Positions 31,027 to 43,447 of a stretch of 64,000 bases of DNA are shown piece by piece. Numbering within the stretch: position 1 is the first letter of the stretch; each line of letters opens with the position of its first letter. The notes under the pieces were generated by a model, which ran no database searches, was not told where the DNA came from, and worked only from the letters and a program-made list of their open reading frames with translations. A program made the position numbers and the translations under genes. The stretch is from Acidobacteriota bacterium (GTDB lineage Bacteria > Acidobacteriota > UBA6911), in assembly GCA_031271905.1 (NCBI GenBank), contig JAISUT010000017.1:17436-81435 (forward strand). The letters run 5' to 3'.

Positions 31027-34000
31027 TCAATTGAACGGCGACAGCCGTTTCTGTATCTCCGCGAACCTCGACTGGTCCACCTGCTCGCGCAACCACAGGA
31101 TCAGATCCGGGTTCGAGTCGTAGCTGTACTTCTCGAGCTCGTCCATCGTCTTGTCCGCCTCCTCGATGTCCAGGTCGATGGCGGCGAGGCGCAGCCGCTC
31201 CAGCAGCCCCTTGTCGGGATCCGTGCGACGGGGCTTGCCCGCCTCCGCATCGGCTATCAAGGCGCCGATGCGGTGGACGAGCCCCTCCATGCCGGCGACG
31301 AAGGATGCGTTGTGCGCCTCCAGGTAGCCGACGTCCCCCCGGCGCGCGGCGTGCTCCAGCGCCTCCGCCTCCCTGCCTGTCGCGTCGGCGCAAATGCTGT
31401 AGCTCGCCCCCTTGATGCCGTGCATCGTGACGATGTACTGCTTCAAGTCGCCGCCGACGGGCGCCGTCAGCGCCTCCAGCAGCGGCGGGATGTGGAAGGT
31501 GTAGCTCTGCAGCGACTTGAAATACCCCTTGCCGTCGCCGAAGCGCTCCAACGCCTCGACGAAATCGATGCCGTCCACCTGGCGGGTCAGGAAGAAGCGC
31601 GTCAAGCGCTCCTCCGCCTCCAGCTCCGGGTCCGCGTCGCACGCCACCCTGCCAAGGCGCGACAGGGCGTCGGGGAAGGCGTCGCCGAACGACCCATGCC
31701 GGGTGTCCGTCGCCGCCTCCGACGGGCTTTCGACCCGCGTCGGCGCAGGTGGCGGCGCAGGCTTGGGCGGCGCGCCGGCTTCCGCCCCCTCATCCCCCCC
31801 CCTCTCCGCCTCCCCGTCCTTCTCGGCGTCGGCGGAGGCGGCGCGCCTCTCGTAGTCCCGGTCGCGCACCCAGGCGTTCACCATGGCGTCCAGCTTCATG
31901 ATGTCGATGGGCTTGGCGAGGAAGCCCTGGAAGCCGTTTTCCAAAAACATCTTCTCGCTGCCGGAGATCGCGTTGGCGGTCAGGGCGATGATGGGGACCG
32001 TCCGCGCGTATTCCGTCCCGATCTCGTTGCGGATGATGCGGACCGCCTCGATGCCGTCCATGCCCGGCATCATGTGATCCATGAAGATCGCGTTGTAGCG
32101 CACCTTCTGCCTGCGCACCATGTTGACCGCGTCCTTGCCGGAGCCGACGCAATCCACCGTCATGCCGTAAGGGCGCAGCATGCCGCGCGCGACGTCCAGG
32201 TTGGGGGGGACGTCATCGACGACCAGCACCTTGGCGTAGGGGATGTGCGCCCGCACGATGCGCGCGCCGCGGTCGCGCCGCTGCTCGACGTACTGGAAGT
32301 TCTGGAGGTTTTCCGCGACATCCTTCCCGATGGGCACGTCGTCCACGTACCCTTGGCGCACCCGGACGTGGAAGACGCTCCCGATGCCGTAGACGCTGTC
32401 CACGGAGATGTCCCCGTCCATCAGCTTCGCCAGGCGGCGGGTGATCGCCAGCCCCAACCCCGTGCCCTCGATCTTGCTGTGGTTCTTCCTGTCCACCTGG
32501 GTGTAGTCCTCGAACAGCCTGGGGACGTCCTCCTTGCGGATGCCGATGCCGGTGTCCGCCACGGAGAAGTCCAGCCAGACCGAGTCGCCTTCGCGCGACC
32601 AGCGCACCCCTAAGGTCACAGTCCCCTCCCGCGTGTACTTGAAGGCGTTGGACAGGAGGTTGTTCAATATCTGCTTCACCCGCAAATCGTCGCCCACCAG
32701 GTGTGCGGGCAGCGATTCCGGGATGTCCAGCACGAGGCGGATGGGCTTGCTGCCGATGCGCACGATGTTCAGCGCCACGGTGTTGTTGATCAGGCTGGGC
32801 GTGTCGTACTCGCCCGGATGCAGCTCGAACCGCCCCGACTCGATCTTGGAGATGTCCAAGATGTCGTTGATGAGCCCGAGGAGGTTGATGCCGGAGGAGT
32901 ATATCTTCTCCATGCTCTCCCGCACCGCCTTGGGCATCCCCGCGCCCTCCTTGCCCAGCTCCAGCTCCGACAGGCCGATGATGGTGTTCAAGGGGGTGCG
33001 CATCTCGTGGCTCATGTTGGCGAGGAACGCGCTCTTGGCGTTAGACGCCTCCTCCGCCTTGTTGCGGAGGACCGCGATCTTCTCGAACGAGCGGGCGATG
33101 GTCTTTGACGCCATGACGGTCGCGCAGACGCCTATGACCAGGAAGGCGAAGCCGGAGAGCAGGAACGAGCGCGTCATCAGCGGCAGCGGGGTCTCCCGGA
33201 GGGGGCAGACCGCCCCCAGGAACCAGCCTTCCGAGCCTTGGACGGGCGTGTAGGCGCAGATGCGCTCGACGCCTTCGTACTTGTAGCGCCCCGTCCCCGT
33301 CCGCCCCTGGAGCATCGCTTGGACGACGGCCTTCATGCCGGTGTTCTTGTCGCCGCCGCCCGCCACGGAGACGATGTTGTCGCGCTCCATCACCATGTGG
33401 GGGTAGCGGTTGGCGATGATCACGCCGTCCTTGTCGATGACGAAGAGGTTGCCGGTGCCCAGGATGTGGAACTCGCCCACCAGGTTGTTGATCATCCCGC
33501 CGTCGAAGTAGGCGACCAGGACGCCGTCCTCGCCCAGCGGGACTGCGGCGTGCATCAACAGATCCCCTTCCGGCCCCTGGTCGGTGGATGCGATGGACGC
33601 TTTGCCCGCGAAGGCCTGGCGCACCGCCTCGGACTCCACGGAGGCCCGGTCCGCCGCGTGCCCCTGGCTGCTGACCAGGGTGCCGTCGCGCTTGAGGATG
33701 CTCAGCGAGCGGTAGGAGTGTATCTGCGCCTCCCGGCGCAGCAACGCCTCGGTCTCCGCCTCGTCGCCGCGCCCGCCGGCGGACTGGATGTGCTCGGCGA
33801 CGGAGGCGAGGGACAGCTTCTGCAACTCGATCTTCTCGGAGACCATCCGGGCGGCGATGGCGCTGACGACGACCATGTCGTCTTCGACGGAGCGGACGAG
33901 GTTCCTGTGGTTCAGGCCGATGCCGATGGCGGTGGTGGACGCGGTGATGGCCGCGATGATGACCGAGACGATTAAGATGACCTTCGCGCGAATGGACAAT

Positions 34001-34074
34001 TTCCACCCCTCCCTGTGAAAAAAAATAGGCGAGGGTGCGCGAACCAAAAACACCCGAAAGGGTGAATCCTTCAT
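31027..34074 (-). CDS. hybrid sensor histidine kinase (periplasmic Cache-like sensor, HisKA, HATPase_c, REC and C-terminal Hpt)
   Basis: 1015 aa. It has an H-box ([19 protein letters not shown]), N/G boxes ([22 protein letters not shown]), and a REC domain ([10 protein letters not shown]...[12 protein letters not shown]). The C-terminal helical region matches an Hpt fold. Confidence 0.8.
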   Translation of the reverse strand: MKDSPFRVFLVRAPSPIFFHREGWKLSIRAKVILIVSVIIAAITASTTAIGIGLNHRNLVRSVEDDMVVVSAIAARMVSEKIELQKLSLASVAEHIQSAGGRGDEAETEALLRREAQIHSYRSLSILKRDGTLVSSQGHAADRASVESEAVRQAFAGKASIASTDQGPEGDLLMHAAVPLGEDGVLVAYFDGGMINNLVGEFHILGTGNLFVIDKDGVIIANRYPHMVMERDNIVSVAGGGDKNTGMKAVVQAMLQGRTGTGRYKYEGVERICAYTPVQGSEGWFLGAVCPLRETPLPLMTRSFLLSGFAFLVIGVCATVMASKTIARSFEKIAVLRNKAEEASNAKSAFLANMSHEMRTPLNTIIGLSELELGKEGAGMPKAVRESMEKIYSSGINLLGLINDILDISKIESGRFELHPGEYDTPSLINNTVALNIVRIGSKPIRLVLDIPESLPAHLVGDDLRVKQILNNLLSNAFKYTREGTVTLGVRWSREGDSVWLDFSVADTGIGIRKEDVPRLFEDYTQVDRKNHSKIEGTGLGLAITRRLAKLMDGDISVDSVYGIGSVFHVRVRQGYVDDVPIGKDVAENLQNFQYVEQRRDRGARIVRAHIPYAKVLVVDDVPPNLDVARGMLRPYGMTVDCVGSGKDAVNMVRRQKVRYNAIFMDHMMPGMDGIEAVRIIRNEIGTEYARTVPIIALTANAISGSEKMFLENGFQGFLAKPIDIMKLDAMVNAWVRDRDYERRAASADAEKDGEAERGGDEGAEAGAPPKPAPPPAPTRVESPSEAATDTRHGSFGDAFPDALSRLGRVACDADPELEAEERLTRFFLTRQVDGIDFVEALERFGDGKGYFKSLQSYTFHIPPLLEALTAPVGGDLKQYIVTMHGIKGASYSICADATGREAEALEHAARRGDVGYLEAHNASFVAGMEGLVHRIGALIADAEAGKPRRTDPDKGLLERLRLAAIDLDIEEADKTMDELEKYSYDSNPDLILWLREQVDQSRFAEIQKRLSPFN

Positions 34075-34161
34075 TTTTTTATTTTTTATTTTCCTAGTTG
34101 GACGGCGGGGATGCCGACGGCGCGGTCGGCGCGGCGGACTGCGACTTCGGAATTTTTTTTT

Positions 34162-34275
34162 GGGCGCCTGCGAAAAACCCCGGACGCTGCGTCGCGCCTT
34201 GGCCGGAAATGCTCGTTCGCCGCGGCGAACTCCGTTTTTCGACCTGCGGCGACGACTTCCGGGCCCTCCGGAGTC
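34162..34275. repeat. long-form copy of the interspersed palindromic element, with a divergent right arm
   Basis: The left arm and core of gggcgcctgcgaaaaaccccggacgctgcgtcgcgccttggccggaaatgctcgttcgccgcggcgaactccgtttttcgacctgcggcgacgacttccgggccctccggag match the family. The right terminus has diverged. Confidence 0.7.
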
Positions 34276-34278
34276 CGG

Positions 34279-36876
34279 CTATCTCCGCAACAGCCCCTGG
34301 CTGATGGCGACGCGGATGGTCTCGGTGCGGTTGGCGGTGCCGAGCTTCCCGTAGACGCGCTTGACCGTGCTCTTGACGGTGTTGATCGACAGCTTCGCCT
34401 CCCCGGCTATCTCCTCCAGCGTGAAGCCCCGGAACAGCCACTCCAGCATCTCCACCTCCTTGCGCGACAGCGAGGCGTCTCCGTGGCGCACGCCGGCGGT
34501 GCGTCCGGCGGGGGCGGGGGCGGCGAACCGCTCCGCGACCTGGAAGAACTTCTTGGCGTATGCCGAGGAGAGGACGCGCACCTTCTCGAGGAACGCCTTG
34601 GGGATCGGCGCATCGTCCTTCGCGGCGGCGGTCGCCAGGGTGCGCATGTCCTTCCCCTGCTCCGCGAAAGGGAGGAGCAGGCCGCCCGGGGCGGCGAACT
34701 CCCATGCTTGGCGCAGCTTGGCGTAGGCTTTGGCGCGCTCCTGCGACTGGTACAGGCAGAGCGCCTCCAGCACTGCGATCTCCACCTTGCCGAAGATGAA
34801 TGCGCCCGCGCTCTGGCGCGCGTTCCCGAGGGAGGCGAGGGAGGCGGCGAACTTGCGCTCCCGCAGCAGCGCCTTCGCCCGCACCAGTTCGTCCAGGCCC
34901 ACGAGGTGCGAGCTGATCCCGCTGTTGCCCGCCTCGCTCCGGAGCCAGAACGCGACCTTCTCGACCGCGCCCAGGTGGGCGTGGAACCAGCCGAGAAAGA
35001 TGTCGTTGTAGATGAACCGGTTCTGATGCTCCTCGACGCCCAGCAGCTCGCGGTAGCGGGCGACGACCCCTTCCAGCGCGTCCGTCCGCCCCTGGTAGAT
35101 GGCGACCCGCAGGCGGTAGAAGAGCGCCTGGCTCTCGACGTCGTACTGGTTGTTGCGCCGCGCCTGGGGCACCGCCTGCAAGAGGCACCGCTCCGCCTCG
35201 TCCATGTCCAGCCTGAAGAACGCCGTCTCGCCCCGGCTCACCCAGTCCTGCCCCATCATGCACCCTGCCATGGCGGCGGCGACGTGGGGCAGCATGGCGG
35301 TCTCCTCTTCGATGAACCGTTCCAGGTCCTTCGGGGCGGGGGTTCCCACCCGGCAGGCGTAGGCGCCGATGCTGGCGTTGCGCATCGCCCCCTCCAGCAC
35401 CCTGCCGCACAGGTCGGAGTAATGCCGCCCCTTGATGAAATACTCCGCGAAGTCGTAGTCGCCGTTGAACAGGCAGAGCAGCTTGCGGATGAAGCCGATG
35501 GTGAAATACGCGCCCCAGAGGACGTAGTTGCGGAACTCGTCCTCCGGCGCCGCCTCGTATTTGCGGATGATGTCGGTCAACAGGGTCTCCGCCTCCCCGA
35601 CCTTGCCCAGCATCACCATCAGCCTGGTCAGGATGACGTAGGCGTTGGAGTGGGTGGCGTACACCTCGTCGGGCATCCGCCGCATGGCCTCGTACAGGAA
35701 CTTCGCCGTCTGGTTCGGCATCGACATGGGGAACGAGCTGCACAGCTTCATGACGGCGGCGTAGTCCCCGGCCTTGTCGTAATAGCTGATGGCGTCGTTC
35801 TTCTGCCCGTTGGCGAGGCTCCACCGGGCGGCCTGCATCCAGACGTCCTTCTTCTCCTCGGGCGTCAGCTCCTGTTGCAGGGTGACCAGGTAGTCCAAAA
35901 ACAGGTGGTGGATGTAGTAGATGTTGCTGTAGGTGTCCAGTTGGATGAAGGTCCCGATCTCGTCCAACTGGCGCAGGAGGCCGCCGCCGGTCTGGTCCAG
36001 GCCCGCCAGCAACTCCTTCGCCTTCATGTGCAGGAGGGACGCCTTGATCAGGAACTTGCGCAGCTCCATGCCGCTCTCGGCCAGCACCTCGCTCTCGATC
36101 AGCTTGAAGATGTTGGCGCGTATGGCGGGGATGACGCGCCCCTCCCGCTGCGGCACCTTCTTCAGGTAGATGCCCGCCAGGTGGAGGGCGAACGCCCAGC
36201 CCTCCGTGTCGCGGTACACGGCGTCCAGCGTCTCGGACGAGGCGTGGATGCCGAAGATCTCGAACAGCGCCTCCATCTCCTCGAAGCTGAACCGGAGCTG
36301 GTCGCCGGTGATCTGCGCCAAGGTGCCTTTGGAAAGGTGGCGCATCAGGTTCAGCGGCGGCTCCTTGCGGCTGATGAGGATGGAGGTGATGTTGGGGAAC
36401 GGTATGGAGAGGGAGCGGTTGAGGAACCACAGCACCGACTCGTTTTGGATGAGGTGGATGTCGTCGTAGACGAAGACGTAGCGGCGCCGGGGGTCGTTGC
36501 CCTCCACGGGGATGGACAGGTACCTCTCGAACTGCCGCTCCGTGCCGGGGAACCCCTGCTGGAGCAGTCTCTCGGCGGTTTGGGGGCTGAACGCGGAGAC
36601 GGAGCGGGCGAAGTGCTCCCAGAACCGGTCGGCGATGTTGTCGCGGGTGGAGAACTGCAACCAGGCGGCGTCCACGTCCTTGTCCTGGAGCCAGGAGTAG
36701 ACGGCGCGGCTCTTGCCGTACCCGGCGCCCGCGACCACCGTCACCAGCGGCGACTGCAACGCCTCGTCCAGGAGCGCGTCGATGCGCGGGCGATCCAGGT
36801 GGATGCGCCCCCCCGGAAGCGGCGGCATGCCGCCCCGGACGCCTGGTGGAGTGGTTCTTTGCCGTTTACGTGCCAT
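34279..36876 (-). CDS. MalT-like LuxR-family transcriptional regulator (NTPase, helical/TPR region and C-terminal LuxR HTH)
   Basis: The start is set at MARKRQ, giving 865 aa. It has an N-terminal P-loop ([10 protein letters not shown]), a long helical repeat region, and a C-terminal GerE/LuxR HTH ([44 protein letters not shown]). Confidence 0.75.
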   Translation of the reverse strand: MARKRQRTTPPGVRGGMPPLPGGRIHLDRPRIDALLDEALQSPLVTVVAGAGYGKSRAVYSWLQDKDVDAAWLQFSTRDNIADRFWEHFARSVSAFSPQTAERLLQQGFPGTERQFERYLSIPVEGNDPRRRYVFVYDDIHLIQNESVLWFLNRSLSIPFPNITSILISRKEPPLNLMRHLSKGTLAQITGDQLRFSFEEMEALFEIFGIHASSETLDAVYRDTEGWAFALHLAGIYLKKVPQREGRVIPAIRANIFKLIESEVLAESGMELRKFLIKASLLHMKAKELLAGLDQTGGGLLRQLDEIGTFIQLDTYSNIYYIHHLFLDYLVTLQQELTPEEKKDVWMQAARWSLANGQKNDAISYYDKAGDYAAVMKLCSSFPMSMPNQTAKFLYEAMRRMPDEVYATHSNAYVILTRLMVMLGKVGEAETLLTDIIRKYEAAPEDEFRNYVLWGAYFTIGFIRKLLCLFNGDYDFAEYFIKGRHYSDLCGRVLEGAMRNASIGAYACRVGTPAPKDLERFIEEETAMLPHVAAAMAGCMMGQDWVSRGETAFFRLDMDEAERCLLQAVPQARRNNQYDVESQALFYRLRVAIYQGRTDALEGVVARYRELLGVEEHQNRFIYNDIFLGWFHAHLGAVEKVAFWLRSEAGNSGISSHLVGLDELVRAKALLRERKFAASLASLGNARQSAGAFIFGKVEIAVLEALCLYQSQERAKAYAKLRQAWEFAAPGGLLLPFAEQGKDMRTLATAAAKDDAPIPKAFLEKVRVLSSAYAKKFFQVAERFAAPAPAGRTAGVRHGDASLSRKEVEMLEWLFRGFTLEEIAGEAKLSINTVKSTVKRVYGKLGTANRTETIRVAISQGLLRR

Positions 36877-37128
36877 CGCACTAACTATACAGAACTTCAC
36901 GATGACCGCAAGCCGCAATTTGCCTTGGCGCGCGGCGGCGTCGCCCCCCGCGCCGCCCCCCGGCGTCGCCGGGGCGGGGAGGGGGCGGGACGGCGGTTCC
37001 GCGTTCTATTCCCCTTGCCGCGCGCGATTTTCAGCTATAATGCTCGACATGAACTATCGGGGCGGGGAAGCCCCGCGTCCGGTGACTTCGCCGCATGGAA
37101 CGCCATGTGGGAAAAGGGAGGTGGCGCA

Positions 37129-39042
<1,914 letters not shown>

Positions 39043-39084
39043 AGGGGCGGGCGTGGGCGGGTGCCGCCGCCCCCCTGTCGCATC

Positions 39085-40188
39085 CTACCGCAGGGAGGCG
39101 ACGGGGGCGGGCGCTTCGTCGGGCGCCCCGGGAGGTGCTTCGGGGATGGCGGGGATGGCGGCGTCCAAGGTGCTTGCCGGGCCTGCCGCCAATTCCGCGC
39201 CGTCCGACCGCCGCCATCCGCAGGCGGAGGGGGCGTGCACGACGGGGACGCATTCCGCCAGCTCCTCGGGTCGGAGGACGGCCTCGGCGTGCTTCTCGGG
39301 GTCGAAGCGCCCGGTGGTGACGTACATCGCCAGGCCGCTGGCGGCCGCCCAGGGGGAGATCGCGATTATCGGCGCGGCGTACTTCTTCGTCAGGATCAGC
39401 GTCTCGGTCACGCCCCGCACCGCGTTGCTGCGCTTGAGCTCCCCCGGGACTTGCGGGATGACGAAGGACGAGGAGCGCAACTCGGGGCGCCGCGCCCCGA
39501 ACTTGACCAGCGAGCGCGCCGCCTGCTTGGGCGTGGTGATGCCGAGGTCGGCGACGATGCTGCGCCGCACCGTCTTGGGGTAGTAGAAGTTGACGACGTC
39601 CTTGGCGAAGTCGGCGCAGTTGCGCAAGAGCAGGTTGAACCGCCTCTCGTTGGCCCGCCCGTTCAAATGCGCGATCAGCGCGTCGTCCGACGCCTCGCCG
39701 GTCTCGACCACGAACCCGTAGATCTTGCGGTCGTAGGAGGCGCCCACCAGTTGCGTCCAGTCCCCCGGGGGGGGGCCGCCGTCGGGGGCGTCGGGCGCGA
39801 GCTCCCGCAGATGCGCGCGGCGGTAGGCGTCCCGGAGCGCGTCCACGCCTTCGCGGTCGGCGGACTCGGGGACTTGCTCCGGCGCCTCGACCGCGTACAG
39901 GTAGGGGAGGAGGGGGATGGCGACCCAGTCGTACCCGGCGACGCGGTTGTAGCGGCTGATGACGACCCCCGCCTCGCCGTCCGCGCAACGGCGCAACCGT
40001 GTGGGGGACTCCGCGCACACCCGCGACAGGTAGACGGCGACGTGGCCGGTCGGGTTGAAGGCGCCGAACGTGCTGTGCGGCTGTTGCAGGAGCAGGGCGA
40101 TATCCGCGCGCGCCGGCGAGGCGAGCAACAGCGTCTGCGACAGCAACAGCCACCACCATTTCCCCACTCTCATGTCTCCACGCCCCAT
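39085..40188 (-). CDS. secreted hypothetical protein, possibly a permuted papain-fold (LRAT/NlpC-P60-like) domain
   Basis: It has a signal peptide (WWWLLLSQTLLLASPARA). The His-before-Cys order of the candidate catalytic motifs GHVAVYLSRVC and LLRNCADFAKDV resembles the HWAIY / NCEHF motifs of LRAT-like enzymes. The rest is unassigned. Confidence 0.4.
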   Translation of the reverse strand: MGRGDMRVGKWWWLLLSQTLLLASPARADIALLLQQPHSTFGAFNPTGHVAVYLSRVCAESPTRLRRCADGEAGVVISRYNRVAGYDWVAIPLLPYLYAVEAPEQVPESADREGVDALRDAYRRAHLRELAPDAPDGGPPPGDWTQLVGASYDRKIYGFVVETGEASDDALIAHLNGRANERRFNLLLRNCADFAKDVVNFYYPKTVRRSIVADLGITTPKQAARSLVKFGARRPELRSSSFVIPQVPGELKRSNAVRGVTETLILTKKYAAPIIAISPWAAASGLAMYVTTGRFDPEKHAEAVLRPEELAECVPVVHAPSACGWRRSDGAELAAGPASTLDAAIPAIPEAPPGAPDEAPAPVASLR

Positions 40189-40292
40189 CGACGTTCACTC
40201 TAACACAATTTCGGGCGCCGGGGCAGGGGGGATTCGCCGCCTGAAACTCCTCCATGCGGCCGCCGCCTCGCCCAGGGCCGGCGCCCCGGCGG

Positions 40293-40325
40293 ATAAAAAA
40301 AGGCCGCAGACCTTTCGACCTGCGG
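40293..40325 (-). terminator. Rho-independent terminator downstream of the AOR gene
   Basis: On the minus strand, the hairpin GGCCGCAG-N10-CTGCGGCC is followed by TTTTTTT (plus strand: aaaaaaaGGCCGCAGacctttcgacCTGCGGCC). Confidence 0.7.
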
Positions 40326-40398
40326 CCTTTCGCCACCAGAGGCGCCCGTAGGGGCGGGGGCGGCGCCGTCGAAGCGAGGCGCCGCCCCTTTCCCGTCC

Positions 40399-42495
40399 TT
40401 AGCCCAGCTTGCCCTTGGACTGGAGCACGTCGGCGACGTTCTTCATGCCCATCTTTTCGAGCGTCGCGCGGGTGGGATAGCTGTTGTCGGGGTTCCAGCC
40501 CTCGAACTTGTAGAACCGCTCCTTGAAGTCCTCGACCTTGGCGCGGTCCAGTTGGCGACCCCTGCCGTTGGCGTACGTCCACTTGCCATCGACGACCATC
40601 GGTTGTTCGCTGCCGTTGGTCGGCTTGTCGTAGACGTAGTCGGGGAAGACCTCCATCTTCTTGTCGCGCCCCTGGATGTTCCAGATGGCGCGGTCGAGCG
40701 TGTAGATCTTGTGCCCGATCTCCATCAGCTCGGCGAAGGTCTTGTCCTGGCCGGTGATCGCGTTCCAGAACTTGGGCTCGGCGTGCGGCGTCGCGCCCCG
40801 GTAGTCGTTCGTGTTGTTGGTGATGCACTGCGGCCAGCGCCAGCCGCAGAAGCCCATCCCCATCCAGAACTTCTCGTAGTGCTTGACCCAGGCGACCTGC
40901 TTGACCTTGGAGTCGGAGTAGATGCCGGTCGGGCCGTCGCCGTAATCCACCAGGTAGCGGTCGTCGTTGTAGGGCACCATCGCCTCGGCGTACTTCTGGG
41001 ACGCCTCCTCGGCGCTCATGTACGGGTTGCCCGAGGTGATCATCCAGTGCAGCGGGTAGTTCGACATCTGGTGCAACATCAGGTCGCGCTCGCCGAACAG
41101 GGAGCCGTAGCCCCACTCCGCCTGGGTGGGCGTGTCATAGTGCTCCTGAGTCCCCCAGTAGGTCAGGCGCAGCGTGCCGCCGTGGACGTCCTGCTGGTAG
41201 CGTCCCAGCTTCTCCGCCATGCGGGCGGGCCCTTCCGCCGCGAAGTCCCCGAAAGCGTCGTCGCGCATGGCGATCTTCCGGAAGACCGTCTCGTAGTACG
41301 CCATCGTCCCGGCCGGGGGCAGGTCGATGTCGATCTGCTTGCCGGGGCCGATGATCCCCTCGCGCTGAAGCGCGCCGATGTAGCCGTTGACGGCCATGAA
41401 CGGCCAGTGGCCGATGCCGTAGCGCTGCATCAGGTCGTTGCCCTGGCGGGTCAGCTTGGAGCTGAGCGCCTGGGGCATCGCCTTCGGGTCGGGCTTGCGC
41501 CCGAAGCCGCCGAACATGCCGCCGCCGCCGATGTTGGCGACCATCGTGCCTGCGCAGACCGACTCGTTGCTGTCGGCCGTGGCCAGGCGCATGCGGCAGC
41601 CGCGCGGGCACGAGGCGCATGCCGCGGCGCGCGCCGGGACCGGGTTGGTGCCGCCGTTGCTGACGTTGCCGCCGCTGGGGGAGCCGTTGATCAGGCTGTA
41701 GCCGCTCTCGAACTTCTCCGCCTCGTGCGGGTTGTCAACGTCCCACTGGAACTGGCGGAACCAGATGCGGGCGTCCATCAGCGCCTGCGGGTCGGCGACC
41801 GGCACGCCGCCGTTGCCGATGACGCTGACCGCCTTGAGGTTCTTGGAGCCGAACACGCCGCCGAAGCCGCACATGGCGGCCTGGGAGCCCGGGCCGTGCA
41901 GCAGCGCCCCGAAGCGGCACTTGCGCTCGCCCGCCGGGCCGCAGGTGACCACCGCGGGGATCTGCGTGGTGAAGCAGTTCTGCGCCAGCTCCGCCCATTC
42001 GCCGTACTTGAGGCTGGGGACGACGCGCCGGGAGATCTCCTGCTGCGCGTCCCAGGTGTCCATGCCCCAGACGCCGTTGGTGGCGTCCTCGATCTTGACC
42101 TGGTCGTTGACGACGTTGATGTAGACCGGCTGGTCGGACGCCCCTTCGATCACGATGCCGTCCCAGCCGGCGAACTTCAACTGCGCCGTGAAGCGGCCGC
42201 CGAAGTTGCTGTGGCCGAACCATTCGACCGGGTACAGCATGGGCGAGAGCCCCTGCACCTCGCAACGTCCCGAGCCCGGCATGAAGGTGCCCGCGAAGGG
42301 CGACGCCATCATGACGATCAGGTTGCGCGGGTCGAACGCCTCGAACGGGAGTTGGGCGCCCACGAGGTCGAAGAAGACCGCGGAACCCATGCCGTGACCG
42401 CCGCCGAAATCCATGTATTTTTCGGTGGGCAGATTGCTGACCTCTTTCGTGGTCAGGTTGACTCTGAGAATTTTACCTGTGTATCCACCTGGCAT
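40399..42495 (-). CDS. aldehyde:ferredoxin oxidoreductase family tungsto/molybdopterin enzyme (YdhV-like)
   Basis: 698 aa. The N-terminus MPGGYTGKILRVNLTTKEV is AOR-typical, and a [4Fe-4S]- and pterin-binding core is present. Its length and its pairing with a Tat-signal Fe-S protein match E. coli YdhV/YdhX. Confidence 0.8.
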   Translation of the reverse strand: MPGGYTGKILRVNLTTKEVSNLPTEKYMDFGGGHGMGSAVFFDLVGAQLPFEAFDPRNLIVMMASPFAGTFMPGSGRCEVQGLSPMLYPVEWFGHSNFGGRFTAQLKFAGWDGIVIEGASDQPVYINVVNDQVKIEDATNGVWGMDTWDAQQEISRRVVPSLKYGEWAELAQNCFTTQIPAVVTCGPAGERKCRFGALLHGPGSQAAMCGFGGVFGSKNLKAVSVIGNGGVPVADPQALMDARIWFRQFQWDVDNPHEAEKFESGYSLINGSPSGGNVSNGGTNPVPARAAACASCPRGCRMRLATADSNESVCAGTMVANIGGGGMFGGFGRKPDPKAMPQALSSKLTRQGNDLMQRYGIGHWPFMAVNGYIGALQREGIIGPGKQIDIDLPPAGTMAYYETVFRKIAMRDDAFGDFAAEGPARMAEKLGRYQQDVHGGTLRLTYWGTQEHYDTPTQAEWGYGSLFGERDLMLHQMSNYPLHWMITSGNPYMSAEEASQKYAEAMVPYNDDRYLVDYGDGPTGIYSDSKVKQVAWVKHYEKFWMGMGFCGWRWPQCITNNTNDYRGATPHAEPKFWNAITGQDKTFAELMEIGHKIYTLDRAIWNIQGRDKKMEVFPDYVYDKPTNGSEQPMVVDGKWTYANGRGRQLDRAKVEDFKERFYKFEGWNPDNSYPTRATLEKMGMKNVADVLQSKGKLG

Positions 42496-42513
42496 AGTAG
42501 TCTCTCCTCCTCC

Positions 42514-43386
42514 CTATTGTTTCGGTTGCGCGCCGGGTTGTGGTTTCGCTCCAGGACCGCCGGGACCTGGCTTCGCTCCGGGGCCTTCCGCCCCCGGCTT
42601 CGCTCCGGGTTTCGACGCGCCGCCCGGGCCGCCGCCCATCATCTTGGGGGCGGGGCGCGGTATGACGGTGCGGCTGTCGTCCACGAGCCCGAGCCTCAGC
42701 CAGTGCTCGTTGCGCAGGTTCACCTGGTAGCCGTTGGTCTCTTCCTGGTTCGGCGCCTCGGCGACGAACTTGAGGGCGTTGACCGGGCAGTTGGTCACGC
42801 AGGCCTGCTTGCCGCCGGGGCCGCCCTTCTCGTTCCAATACGGGGTGTCGATGCAGAGGTCGCATTTGGAGGATTTTTTGTTGACGTGATCCCACACCGT
42901 GCGGTGCGGTTGCTGCGGGCACATCTTGAGACAGGTCTTGCAGCCGATGCACTTCTTCTGGTCGATCACGCGGACGTTGCCGTTGTCGGCGTCCACATGG
43001 GCCGCGCCCACGGGGCAGCTCCGGACGCAGACCGGCTCCACGCACTGGCGGCACGGGGCGATGGTGAGGTCGTGGGGGAACTTGCCGAACGAGTCCTGGA
43101 TGATCTGGATGCGCGAGAGCGACAGGTTCTGCTGGCCGTAGTGGGTCAGCGAACAGCTCAACATGCAGGTGGTGCAGCCGATGCATTTGCGGCTGTCGTA
43201 GACCAGGTACCCCTTGGATTTGGGGATGGGGCCGTCGACGGCAGCCGTGGCGGTGGCGGGCGACGTCGCCGCCGTGATGATGGCGGGCGCGGCGACGGCC
43301 GCTCCGCCAGTGACTAGAAAATCACGCCTTGAATATCTCTTTTTGGCGGCAGTTTCGTCGTTTTCAGCTTTCTTGCCTCCAAGCAT
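42514..43386 (-). CDS. Tat-exported 4Fe-4S ferredoxin-type subunit (YdhX/HybA-like) with a C-terminal Gly/Pro/Lys-rich repetitive tail
   Basis: The start is set at MLGGKK with a GGAG ribosome-binding site. It has a twin-arginine motif (SRRDFLVTGGAAVAAP), four Cys clusters (CIGCTTCMLSC, CRQCVEPVCVRSCP, CIGCKTCLKMCP, CDLC...CVTNCP), and the tail GGGPGGASKPGAKPGAEGPGAKPGPGGPGAKPQPGAQPKQ. Confidence 0.75.
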   Translation of the reverse strand: MLGGKKAENDETAAKKRYSRRDFLVTGGAAVAAPAIITAATSPATATAAVDGPIPKSKGYLVYDSRKCIGCTTCMLSCSLTHYGQQNLSLSRIQIIQDSFGKFPHDLTIAPCRQCVEPVCVRSCPVGAAHVDADNGNVRVIDQKKCIGCKTCLKMCPQQPHRTVWDHVNKKSSKCDLCIDTPYWNEKGGPGGKQACVTNCPVNALKFVAEAPNQEETNGYQVNLRNEHWLRLGLVDDSRTVIPRPAPKMMGGGPGGASKPGAKPGAEGPGAKPGPGGPGAKPQPGAQPKQ

Positions 43387-43447
43387 AGCGTTACTCCTTC
43401 GCTGAATATTGATAATCGTCCGGGTCAGGACCCGCAAACAACCTTTA

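Noticed and set aside
39043-39084. GC-rich imperfect palindrome between the convergent glgB and the secreted hypothetical gene, considered as a bidirectional terminator
   Set aside because: The arms GGGGCGGGCG…CGCCGCCCCCC do not pair well and have no flanking T or A runs. That is insufficient to call a terminator.
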